DNA of 64,000 nucleotides from Gemmatimonadota bacterium (GTDB lineage Bacteria; Latescibacterota; UBA2968; UBA8231). A program made the position numbers and the translations under genes. The stretch lies in the NCBI GenBank assembly GCA_038153405.1, contig JAYOYH010000004.1, positions 1-64,000 of the forward strand. The letters are read 5' to 3'. Positions 47,697-56,529 of this stretch are shown here, in pieces (the first letter of the stretch is position 1; each line of letters begins with the position of its first letter). Below the pieces are notes generated by a model. That model made no database searches and had not been told where the DNA came from. It saw only the letters and a program-made list of their open reading frames with translations.

Positions 47697-47918
47697 GCTC
47701 GCTCCTTGAGCAAAGGAATAAAACGTGTGCTATAGTATGCAATTTGAGTGGAAAAACCAATAGAGCGCGCCGCTTATCCACTCAGTTGCATGCGCATTCT
47801 GCCTGCATGCGGCAAAATTTGCAGAAAAACACAGTAAAGAGACAAAAATTGCTTTCACCCCGTCAAATTTAGCTTATTTTAATGGCCGTTCACCCATTTA
47901 CATATGTGCGATGCAATC

Positions 47919-49877
47919 ATGGCTCAAGCCACAATGCCCATAGTGCTGCACGTCGGCACGGGGCGCAATGCCTTCCCCACGTTAGAAGGGGCGCGCGACT
48001 ACCTGCGCTCGATGCGCGACCGAGTGCCAGCACGCGTCGTCGTAGACAGCGATCTCGTCGCAATGGACCAGAGCTTTGCACTCGGTCCAGCCGATTCGGG
48101 CACGGCTGAGGCGCCCATTACCTACTGCGCCGCCAAACTCGGCGGCACGCGCCTTCTCGGGGGGAAAATCCTATCCGCCTTCACCGCGATTGAGGACGAG
48201 CGCACGCGAGCCCGTCTGCCCGCTGCAGCGCGCGACCACGCCGTGCAATTCGACCTGCGCGCGCACGGCATCAAAGACTTCGGACAGCTCCGCTCGCGCG
48301 GCTTCAGCCGCCCCATCACGCCCGCCCATATGGAGCTATTCTTCAACGGCAAGCGCATGCAGCTTGCGCGCTGGCCCAACTCGGGATGGGCACAGATCGA
48401 CCGACCGGCCGACCCCGGTGACGACGAGCACGGCGGCCAACTGGGCGACCTGCAGGCAGGCTTCTATTTCGACGAGCCGCGGCTCGATCGCTGGCAGGAC
48501 CTCGACGACGTTTGGATGCACGGGTATTGGGGCTGGGACTGGGCCAATTCCTACGAGGCTGTCGCATCGCGCGATCCGCACAGCGGGCTGATTCGCACTC
48601 GGCCTCCGCATGGGCTATACGGCTTTCGCGCCGGCGCCCGCTTCTACTTTCTCAACGTGCTGGAAGAGCTGGCCCAGCCCGGCGACTACTACGTCGACCG
48701 GCGCCGTGGCCTGCTCTACTTCTGGCCCCCGGCAGCGCTCGATGCAGCCGAAGTGGCCGTCTCCGTCCTGGAAGATCCCATCCTGTGCATTGACGGTGCT
48801 CGGCACGTGCGCATCGAGGGTTTCACCCTTGAGTACGGGCGCGGCAGCGGTGCGTCAATTGCCGGCGGCGAATGCATTGTCATGGCCAAGTGCACCGTGC
48901 GCAACGTCGGCAACCACGGCATCGAAGTGGAGGGAGGCCAGCGCTGCGAAATCGTCGACTGCGACGTGCACCACTGCGGCGATTCGGGCATCGTCCTAGC
49001 CGGCGGCGACCGGCAGACGCTGCAGCCGGGACGCCATCGCGCCGCCGACAACCACATTCACCACATGGGCGAATGGTCGCGCTGCTACCAGCCGGGCATT
49101 CGCGTCAGCGGAGTAGGGCAGCGCCTCGAGCACAATCTGATACACGACGGACCGCACAACGGCATCCTGCTCAGCGGCAACGAGCACATCATCGAGTACA
49201 ACCACATCCACCACGTCTGCCAAGAGAGCGGCGACGTCGGCGCATTCTACATGGGACGCGACTGGAGCGAATGCGGCAACGTGCTGCGCCATAACTTTTT
49301 CCACCACACGCAGGGCGTCGGCATGGGGTCGATGGCCGTCTATCTGGACGACTGCGCCTCGTCGACCACGGTGTTCGGCAATATATTCTACCAGTGCACG
49401 CGCGCCGTCATGGTCGGCGGCGGGCGCAACAATCGGGTGGAAAACAATATCTTTGTCGACTGCGATCCGGCCGTGCACATAGACGGTCGCGGACTCGACC
49501 CCAGTCCCGTTTGGCGCACCATGGTCGATCGCACGATGAGAGAGCGCCTCGATGCCGTCGATCACCGCAATCCGCCCTATAGCACCCGCTATCCGGACTT
49601 GCGCCAGCTCGATCCATACTATGCAGAGGGCGTGGGCATTCCGCCGGAGGGCAACCTCATCGTGCGCAATATTTGTCGCGGGGCCTGGCTGGATATTCGC
49701 TGGAACGCCAATCCCAAAATGATCGCGGTGCAGAACAACATGGTTGACGAAGATCCGCTATTCGTTGACGCAGACGGCATGGACTTTCAACTGCGCATCG
49801 ATTCGCCAGCCTATGAACTAGGCTTTAAACGCATTCCCGTCGACGCCATCGGTCCGCGGCGCACCATCACTCTCTAA
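47919..49877 (+). CDS. Right-handed parallel beta-helix glycan-active protein (GH141-like)
   Basis: ELFFNG.RM.LARWPN, HGYW..DWA, N.LEEL..PG, NLIHD.PH, D.GAFY.GRDW, VYLDD. Start is 47904 or 47919. Confidence 0.8.
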   Translation: MAQATMPIVLHVGTGRNAFPTLEGARDYLRSMRDRVPARVVVDSDLVAMDQSFALGPADSGTAEAPITYCAAKLGGTRLLGGKILSAFTAIEDERTRARLPAAARDHAVQFDLRAHGIKDFGQLRSRGFSRPITPAHMELFFNGKRMQLARWPNSGWAQIDRPADPGDDEHGGQLGDLQAGFYFDEPRLDRWQDLDDVWMHGYWGWDWANSYEAVASRDPHSGLIRTRPPHGLYGFRAGARFYFLNVLEELAQPGDYYVDRRRGLLYFWPPAALDAAEVAVSVLEDPILCIDGARHVRIEGFTLEYGRGSGASIAGGECIVMAKCTVRNVGNHGIEVEGGQRCEIVDCDVHHCGDSGIVLAGGDRQTLQPGRHRAADNHIHHMGEWSRCYQPGIRVSGVGQRLEHNLIHDGPHNGILLSGNEHIIEYNHIHHVCQESGDVGAFYMGRDWSECGNVLRHNFFHHTQGVGMGSMAVYLDDCASSTTVFGNIFYQCTRAVMVGGGRNNRVENNIFVDCDPAVHIDGRGLDPSPVWRTMVDRTMRERLDAVDHRNPPYSTRYPDLRQLDPYYAEGVGIPPEGNLIVRNICRGAWLDIRWNANPKMIAVQNNMVDEDPLFVDADGMDFQLRIDSPAYELGFKRIPVDAIGPRRTITL

Positions 49878-49887
49878 CTGAGCCCCA

Positions 49888-51867
49888 ATGGAAAACGACA
49901 ACGAAACATCCGACCAATCTCCAGATGGCGCCACACCCGATTTGTCGGCCGACGACGATGGGCAGCTGCGCTTTTCCGAGGCCAAGTATAGGGCCCTCAT
50001 AGAAGGGGCCTCCGACTTTATCTACGTGCTCGACAAGGAAGGGCGCTTTATTTTTGCCAACCGCGAAGTAGAGCATCTGCTCGGCTATAGCCCGGAGGAA
50101 ATGCTGGGCAAGCATTTTTCCGAGGTCATGCACCCCGACGACGTCGAATCGCTCGGTCCCTCGTTTGCCGAGCGCCGCACCGGCCAGCGGGCCACCAATC
50201 GATTGGAAGTGCGACTGGCGTCGCGCAGCGGCAAGGTGCGCAACGTCGAAATGGATATTCGCCACCTTGCCCTCAGTTCCAGCGGGCTGTACCAAGACGA
50301 CCATTTTATCGGCACGCACGGCGTCGTGCGCGACGTAACGGCGCGCAAGTACAGCGAGACCAAGCGCCATGCGCTCAATCAATTGGATCGCGCCATCTGG
50401 AGCATGGCGCGGGCCGACGACATCCATATCGTTCTCGAAGGCATACGCAGCGCGCTGCAAACGGTAGACCTACCCTATGCCGAACTCGGCGTCTCCGTAA
50501 TCGATATGAACGAACCGCCGACGGTGCAGTTTTACAGCACCTATAAGAGCGAGTGCATTGAGCGCAAAGCGCAGTGGATGGTCGGCGATACCCAGAGCCT
50601 CGCCGAGACGATCATCGATACATGGCAGCGCGGCAGCGCGGTCCATACCTCCTCGCTTAGCGAGGCCAGCTCCGAGCAAAACCCGCTGGCACTAGGCGAG
50701 CTGTACGGGCCAATAGAGTCGATTATCGACGTCCCCTTTTCACACGGGGTGCTCACCATTACCACCAGCGATACGCCCTTCTCAACGCGCGATCTCGACT
50801 TTATCGACGAGCTGTCGAACGTGCTATCCGACGGCTTTCGCCGCGTCGAAGACCTAATCGACCTGACGCTTTCCGAGCAGCGCTATCGCCGCATCGTCGA
50901 AACGCCTAATCTGCTGATCCTCCTATCGGACACGGCGGGCAACTTCCTCTATGTCAGTCCGCAAATCAACCCCTGGCTCGGCTACGCTCCGCAGGATTTT
51001 TACGACGATCCCACCCATTTTTTAAATATCGTCCACGCCGACGACAGAGAGGCGGCAACGCATCTGCTGACGTCGCACGTACCCAGCGACAGCGTAGAGT
51101 ATCGCTGGCTCAATCGCGACGGAGACTACCGATGGGCGAGCGCTTCGTCCTTTCCCATCTTCGAAACGGACGGCGATGCGCAAATCAACCGACCGAGCTT
51201 GATACAGATCGTGGTGCAGGACGTCGACGATCGCAAGCGAGCCGAGGATACCATCAGAGCGTCCCTGGCCGAAAAGGAAGTACTGCTCAAAGAAATTCAC
51301 CACCGAGTCAAAAACAACCTACAGATCATTTCTAGCCTGCTCGACCTGCAGAGCCGTCGTCTGCCGAGCGAATTGCGCAACGTCTTCGAAGACAGTCAGC
51401 ACCGCATTAATTCGATGGCCCTGATACACGAAGAGCTCTATAACTCGGGCGATCTGGCGCGCATCGACTTCTTAACCTATGCCCACAGCCTGACCAACAA
51501 TCTGATGAGGACCTATAGCCCCGTCGGTGTCTCGTTAGAAATACGCGTTAATGCCCAGCCGCTGACGCTAGAGAGGGCCATCCCCATGGGACTGATCATG
51601 AATGAATTGGTCTCCAACGCCCTCAAATACGCCTTTCCGGAGAATCGCCCGGGGCGCATAAACATCGAGCTGACGAGCCATAGCATTGACGATTTCGTTT
51701 TCACGGTGAGAGACGATGGGGTGGGTATGAAAGAAGATGTCGACCAAAAGACCACGAACAGCCTGGGCCTGAAATTGGTCCATACGTTGGCCATGCAGCT
51801 GCAGGGGCGGGTCGAAGTGGACCGCGAGGGCGGCACCGCGTTTTCCATTATCCGCGGCCCCTCCTAA
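49888..51867 (+). CDS. PAS-(GAF)-PAS HisKA_2-type sensor histidine kinase (soluble)
   Basis: LLGYSPEEM.G PAS, HADD..YRW PAS, H-box KEIHHRVKNNLQ, NELVSNA.KYAF, DDGVG, LGL.LV. Confidence 0.92.
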   Translation: MENDNETSDQSPDGATPDLSADDDGQLRFSEAKYRALIEGASDFIYVLDKEGRFIFANREVEHLLGYSPEEMLGKHFSEVMHPDDVESLGPSFAERRTGQRATNRLEVRLASRSGKVRNVEMDIRHLALSSSGLYQDDHFIGTHGVVRDVTARKYSETKRHALNQLDRAIWSMARADDIHIVLEGIRSALQTVDLPYAELGVSVIDMNEPPTVQFYSTYKSECIERKAQWMVGDTQSLAETIIDTWQRGSAVHTSSLSEASSEQNPLALGELYGPIESIIDVPFSHGVLTITTSDTPFSTRDLDFIDELSNVLSDGFRRVEDLIDLTLSEQRYRRIVETPNLLILLSDTAGNFLYVSPQINPWLGYAPQDFYDDPTHFLNIVHADDREAATHLLTSHVPSDSVEYRWLNRDGDYRWASASSFPIFETDGDAQINRPSLIQIVVQDVDDRKRAEDTIRASLAEKEVLLKEIHHRVKNNLQIISSLLDLQSRRLPSELRNVFEDSQHRINSMALIHEELYNSGDLARIDFLTYAHSLTNNLMRTYSPVGVSLEIRVNAQPLTLERAIPMGLIMNELVSNALKYAFPENRPGRINIELTSHSIDDFVFTVRDDGVGMKEDVDQKTTNSLGLKLVHTLAMQLQGRVEVDREGGTAFSIIRGPS

Positions 51868-51910
51868 CGCATACTAGGACGGAGCCCCGTGCAGAAAGCA
51901 GGCCTTCGCC

Positions 51911-52195
51911 CTATGCGGCGTGCCGGTCTCCTTTCGATTTGCGCAGCAGTTCCAACTCAATCATCCAGCGGGTTTCGTACTGGCGCAGCGCGCGATGCCA
52001 GGCGCGTAGATCGGCCTCGCCGCGCAGCAGTTGGCGAGCGACTTGGTCGATAGTCCGTTCGGCCTGACGAATCGAAGGCCGGGCAGCAAAGGCTCGCATC
52101 GAGTGGGATCCAAAGGCAAGCCGCACCCGATTGATCACGGCGCAGATATCCGAGCTAAGGCGCGCTATCGACGGGCGGTTGGTGCGAATGTTCAT
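51911..52195 (-). CDS. Hypothetical 94-aa basic protein
   Basis: AGGAGA RBS 7 nt before ATG, own promoter, amphipathic helical composition, ends in -HAA. Confidence 0.7.
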   Translation of the reverse strand: MNIRTNRPSIARLSSDICAVINRVRLAFGSHSMRAFAARPSIRQAERTIDQVARQLLRGEADLRAWHRALRQYETRWMIELELLRKSKGDRHAA

Positions 52196-52256
52196 GCGAC
52201 AATCTCCTGGGGAAACGCCGGTTGGGGGCAACCGGAGTGGACGCTGCAGGAAAAAG

Positions 52257-52307
52257 CTATACTTATGTGCACTATAAAAATAAACTGCACTTATGTGCAG
52301 CTGTCAA
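52257..52307 (-). promoter_or_regulatory. Promoter with two repressor (LexA-like) boxes
   Basis: TTGACA at 52307-52302. CTGCAC-TTAT-GTGCAG (52285-52300) fills the spacer; a second copy CTATAC-TTAT-GTGCAC lies at 52257-52272. Confidence 0.7.
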
Positions 52308-52389
52308 GCACTTTTTCTCCCTTGACGCACCGCGCCGATTTCCTATCCTACAGGGTCTTTTACCTGAACGTAATTTCACACGAGGCACC

Positions 52390-53289
52390 ATGAGCGCGAT
52401 AGAAGAGCGAGCCATCGGCAAGACCGGTATGACACCCAAGGCGCTGGGCATTGGCTGCGCGTGGTTCGGCAGCGACAAGAGCTCGGACGCCGACACTATC
52501 GCCGGCGTGCGCCGGGCCATTGACCTGGGCCTGAACTACATCGATACCTCGGCCGGCTACGGCGAGAGCGAACGCCGCGTCGGGCTGGCGCTGGCCGGCG
52601 GCTATCGCGACAAAATTTACCTACAGACCAAAGCCGGCACGCACCCCGAGCACCGCGGCGACTACCGCGCTAAAACCATTCGCTGGAGCGTGGAAAACAG
52701 CCTGCGCCTGCTGGGCACAGACTATTTGGACTCGGTCCTCATACACGACCCGTCCGACATAGAGGTACCCTTGGCACCGGGCCATGCGCTCGACGAGTTG
52801 CTCGAGATGAAAGAGGAAGGCCTTATCGGCCACGTTGGACTCGGCGTGCGCCAGCACGAATTTCACCGCCGCGCTATTGAGACCGGGCTGATTGAAATCG
52901 TCCTGTCTTTTTTAGACTACACGCTGCTCGACCAGTCGGTCGCCCGCACTACGCTGCCGCTGGCGCGAGAGCGCGGCGTGGGTATCATTTTGGCTAGCGT
53001 CTTTGCCATGGGCACGCTGACCGGCGTCGAGCCCGATGCGGAGACGGAGCGTCGCCGCAACCCAAACGGCGAACCGCGGGCCCACCAGATGTGGTCCTGG
53101 TGTCGACAGCGCGGAGTTAATATACGCCATCTAGCTATGCAGTTTTGCCTGGCTGCACCCATCGACGGCATCGTCATGGCCGGTCCCTGCAATGCGGCCG
53201 AAGTCGACGATGCCTTTGACGCGGCAACGGCCGACGTCCCCGAAGAGATCTGGACTGAGTTCAAAAGGGAATTTGGCGTGGGGGTCTGA
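52390..53289 (+). CDS. Aldo/keto reductase
   Basis: RAIGKTG, DTSAGYGESE, TK, SLRLLGTDYLD..LIHD. Confidence 0.92.
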   Translation: MSAIEERAIGKTGMTPKALGIGCAWFGSDKSSDADTIAGVRRAIDLGLNYIDTSAGYGESERRVGLALAGGYRDKIYLQTKAGTHPEHRGDYRAKTIRWSVENSLRLLGTDYLDSVLIHDPSDIEVPLAPGHALDELLEMKEEGLIGHVGLGVRQHEFHRRAIETGLIEIVLSFLDYTLLDQSVARTTLPLARERGVGIILASVFAMGTLTGVEPDAETERRRNPNGEPRAHQMWSWCRQRGVNIRHLAMQFCLAAPIDGIVMAGPCNAAEVDDAFDAATADVPEEIWTEFKREFGVGV

Positions 53290-53879
53290 TGGAGTGGAGC
53301 GGCCTACTGCTCGACCTTGCGCCGCTGGCCGTCTTCGCCATCCTCGACAGTGCGGGCAACGTGCGCTATGCCTTGATCGGCGCCGCCCTAGCCGCAGTGC
53401 TCGAGCTGGCCTACAGCCACTTCTTTCTCGGCGGCATCGACGCCTTCTCGCTCTTGTTTTTTGCCCTGATTATCGCCTTTGCCGCGCTGGCCTACTACTT
53501 CAAAAACCCACTATTCTTCAAGCTCAAACCCGCCGCCATCGGCTGCTGCACCGCGCTTATTATGCTCCTGACGTCTGCCATTGGCCGCCCCGCCATGCTG
53601 GAAATGACCGAACACTACGCCGCCGCAATGCCCGCATCGCTGCAAGCGCAGTTGGCACAGGACGGCGTGCGCGCCATGCTCGCGCGCGCCAATTTACACC
53701 TAGGCATCGGGCTTTTAGTCTACGCCGCCGCCTGTGCATGGGCGGCGCTGCGCCTGAGCCGCTGGTGGTGGTTGGCCATCAGCGGGCCCGGACTCTACTT
53801 AGTCGCCTTGATCAGTGCTGTGCTGGCCATGCCCGCGCTCTACAGCGGGTTCATCAGAACATTGTTCCAGCGGTTTTAA
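53289..53879 (+). CDS. IspZ/YciB-like inner-membrane protein
   Basis: DLAPL.VF, F.NPLFFKLKP, about 5-6 TM segments. Confidence 0.7.
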   Translation: MEWSGLLLDLAPLAVFAILDSAGNVRYALIGAALAAVLELAYSHFFLGGIDAFSLLFFALIIAFAALAYYFKNPLFFKLKPAAIGCCTALIMLLTSAIGRPAMLEMTEHYAAAMPASLQAQLAQDGVRAMLARANLHLGIGLLVYAAACAWAALRLSRWWWLAISGPGLYLVALISAVLAMPALYSGFIRTLFQRF

Positions 53880-54986
53880 CCGTATATTTCCGTTGAGCGT
53901 GTGCAACCGAATAACGCCATTGGCCTCGGTGCCCAACTGACCGATTAACTGCGTGCGCTTGGCGAGCTCGACCCGGTGCATGGGCAGCATAGAGTCGACC
54001 GATCCATTGGTCGTACGCGCGTCGATTCGGGCCGGATACGCATCGGGCAAGTGCACCTCGAGCTGTCCATTGGTCGAACTGACCGTTAGGGCCGCATCGC
54101 CGGCGGCAATATGCGCATGTATATTGCCGTTTTGCGTGCTGAATAACCCCTCCTCATGCAGCGCGTCTATGCGCGCTATAATATTGCCGTTTTGCGTGCG
54201 CAAATGCGCCGCACCGCGCACCCCGTCCACCCTAAGATTGCCGTTGGTGGTCTGTGCGCGCACCGCGGCTTGGCTACCGCGCGCCTCGACCTGACCATTT
54301 ACCGCACACAACTCCAGATCGATACCAGCCGGTCCTTCTATGGTGTAGCTCACTTCTACGCTGTGCCCTTTGGGCAGCGGCATATGCTGCTTGTCGATGC
54401 GCACCACATCGCCGTCGCGCAGCACGTCGACCTGCACCTGGCCGATCAGGGCGACGGCTTCGGCGCGACTGTGCGCCTTCACCTTTTTATGCACCGTTAC
54501 CGTTATCCCATCTTGCGGCCCTGCGGTAAAGCGCACGTCGCCGCTGTCGGTGGCTGCGTGGATGGCCAACAGCGCCTTACTGTCCAACGTCCACTCGCAG
54601 TCCTCTACCGCCTCTTCGCGGCCAATAGATGCGTGTTCGACGACTTCATCGATGACGTCGCGCACCTGATCAACTACCTTGTCGACCATCCGCCCCATGT
54701 CCATTCGCTGCACGCGATGCACGGCCTCGTCTATTTCGCGCCGCACGACATGGCCCATTTCGCCCCCTTGCACCGCCGCCACTGCCCGGCGCACCTCTTG
54801 ACCAATCTCACCTAGTATTTCGCCGAAATCCCCAGCGCGGACCGATCGACCGCGCCGCGTCGCATGCCCGCTCTCGCCCTGCGGCGCCTCGTCGTCGCCC
54901 AGTGCTTTGAGCAGCGTCTCGGCCTCTTCTACGCTGATCTTTCCCTCGGCCAGCATCCGCAGAATGGTGACTTTCTCTTCGCTCAT
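53799..54986 (-). CDS. SHOCT-like plus DUF4097 beta-repeat protein (YvlB/LiaX-like)
   Basis: EEK..IL.MLAEGKISVEEA..LL.AL N-terminus; repeated T.NG.I motifs. Confidence 0.82.
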   Translation of the reverse strand: MSEEKVTILRMLAEGKISVEEAETLLKALGDDEAPQGESGHATRRGRSVRAGDFGEILGEIGQEVRRAVAAVQGGEMGHVVRREIDEAVHRVQRMDMGRMVDKVVDQVRDVIDEVVEHASIGREEAVEDCEWTLDSKALLAIHAATDSGDVRFTAGPQDGITVTVHKKVKAHSRAEAVALIGQVQVDVLRDGDVVRIDKQHMPLPKGHSVEVSYTIEGPAGIDLELCAVNGQVEARGSQAAVRAQTTNGNLRVDGVRGAAHLRTQNGNIIARIDALHEEGLFSTQNGNIHAHIAAGDAALTVSSTNGQLEVHLPDAYPARIDARTTNGSVDSMLPMHRVELAKRTQLIGQLGTEANGVIRLHTLNGNIRLKPLEQCSDEPAVERGHGQHSTDQGD

Positions 54987-54998
54987 TGCTGCACCTCG

Positions 54999-55385
54999 CT
55001 ATTTAATTTTGGTCAACTCGCGCGCGGCGCTAGCCGCATCCAATTCGCCGCGGTTCAACTGTTCCAATACCGCCCGGCGCCGACGCACCAAATCGCTTCC
55101 AGCCTCTTCCTCGTCACTGCCAACATCAAAACCCATTTCGCCAATAATGCGGTTCAATCGCTTGCGCAAATCTTGATAGGGCTCACCCAGTTCGCGCTCC
55201 ATTTCCTTTAGATTGCCACGCTTGCGCACAAAAACCTCCAAAAAGCGCAGGCTCTCGGCCGAGAGGCGGTCAAAAGCGCTCAGAGCAAAGCGACCCTGGA
55301 TTACCGTATCGCACTGGCAGCAGCTGAGCTGACTGGCGCAAAGCCCCCCGCCGCAGGCCGGACACGTCGCCAATATACTGTGCAC
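54999..55385 (-). CDS. DUF2089 family protein (Zn ribbon + HTH + SHOCT-like)
   Basis: CPACGG...C..C.T.IQG.F, F...RGNLKEMERELG..Y, VLEQL.RGEL. AAGGAG RBS. Confidence 0.85.
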   Translation of the reverse strand: MHSILATCPACGGGLCASQLSCCQCDTVIQGRFALSAFDRLSAESLRFLEVFVRKRGNLKEMERELGEPYQDLRKRLNRIIGEMGFDVGSDEEEAGSDLVRRRRAVLEQLNRGELDAASAARELTKIK

Positions 55386-55476
55386 AGTTCATCTCCTTTC
55401 GCCATACGCATTGAACTTGACTATTGCAATTATTTATAAGTATACCAAAATATTTAGCGCGTTGGGGGAATTTATT

Positions 55477-55519
55477 TCAAATATTTTTGATTTTCTCAAA
55501 ATATTTTTATTTTCTCAAA
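55477..55519. repeat. AT-rich ~19-bp tandem repeat
   Basis: TCAAATATTTTTGATTTTC / TCAAAATATTTTTATTTTC / TCAAA, plus a partial CCAAAATATTTA at 55445. Confidence 0.6.
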
Positions 55520-55551
55520 AAAAGCGCTCGCACTGCCACGGTGCGAGCGCT
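55517..55551 (-). terminator. Intrinsic terminator after zapA
   Basis: 11-bp stem AGCGCTCGCAC/GTGCGAGCGCT with a 7-nt loop and a T-tract on the minus strand. Confidence 0.8.
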
Positions 55552-55575
55552 GCAAAAGACGGCGTAGACGCGCAC

Positions 55576-55920
55576 TCAGTAACGCGCCGACTCCGCCTTC
55601 CACTCTATCCATTCGCTCGTCATGGGCAGCAGCGCTGAGCGCTGTTCGACCAACGCATTGAGTCGCTTTATTTGTCCGTGCGCCTGCTCTAAGAGCATCT
55701 CGCGCTCTTCGCGTAGCGCTAGCAATTCGGCGGCCAGTTCCATAGCAGCCAGCACAGCGACCTTGCCGCGGCTCACATCTCCGACGCGCGCTTGCACTGC
55801 CCGCATCTGCGCATCGACGCACGCTGCAACGCGTCGCGTGACCTCTGCCTCCAGCGGGCTGGCAATGCAGTATTCCTCATCGCCGATAAGCACGCGCGCC
55901 GTGTTCTGCACCTGTTCCAT
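55576..55920 (-). CDS. zapA: Cell division protein ZapA
   Basis: V.I...EY.I, VA..VD..M, KVAVLAAM.LA.EL, coiled-coil tail. Confidence 0.85.
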   Translation of the reverse strand: MEQVQNTARVLIGDEEYCIASPLEAEVTRRVAACVDAQMRAVQARVGDVSRGKVAVLAAMELAAELLALREEREMLLEQAHGQIKRLNALVEQRSALLPMTSEWIEWKAESARY

Positions 55921-56097
55921 AGTGACCATCCTCTCGCGGTCGCTTCTACCCTCAATCCCTGCCCGTCTACCCTCACCACCCAGTCTACGAAGAAAACGCC
56001 GCACGGTCCGACTCAGTTCCTACCCAGTTCGGCGAGCGCGGGGAATTATCTTATATTGAGTACTCCGCCCGATGTATACCCCTTCCGGAGCGATCCT

Positions 56098-56529
56098 ATG
56101 CGATCCGTTTTCATCCTGCTGTTGAGCACCGTGCTCGCATCCTGCGGCACCGATAAATCCACCGATATGGTATTCGATCCCAACAGCGAGGGAGAACAGG
56201 ATGCCAACCAGAGCGTCGAAGCCACGTTCGCGTTTATTCAGGAAACCATTTTCGACCGCTCCTGCGCTACCAGCGGCTGCCATGTGACGACCTATCCCAA
56301 CCTCTCGGCCGGACAGTCCCATGCCGCCATCGTCAACGGCGCCAGCAGCGCGGGCCCCAACCAGCCGCTGATCAAACCGGGCGACCCGGAAAACAGCTAT
56401 CTATTCCTCAAGATAACCGGCGCATCCAGCATCCTGGGCAACCGCATGCCGCTGGGACGACCGGCCCTGAGCGATGCGTACATCGCGGCCGTGCGCACGT
56501 GGATCGAACGAGGCGCTCCCAATGATTAG
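56098..56529 (+). CDS. Lipoprotein with atypical heme-c motif (CX4CH)
   Basis: Lipobox LASC; IF..SCATSGCH; PGDP.NSYL..KI.G; RMP; WI..GA. Confidence 0.75.
   Translation: MRSVFILLLSTVLASCGTDKSTDMVFDPNSEGEQDANQSVEATFAFIQETIFDRSCATSGCHVTTYPNLSAGQSHAAIVNGASSAGPNQPLIKPGDPENSYLFLKITGASSILGNRMPLGRPALSDAYIAAVRTWIERGAPND

Noticed and set aside
54100..54310. Repeated ATATTGCCGTTTTGCGTGC DNA segments
   Set aside because: They encode the T.NGNI beta-repeats of DUF4097 and are not a CRISPR or mobile repeat.
55520..55575. 6S RNA downstream of zapA, a common synteny
   Set aside because: Only about 25 nt separate the stop from an intrinsic terminator, leaving no room for a ~180-nt RNA.
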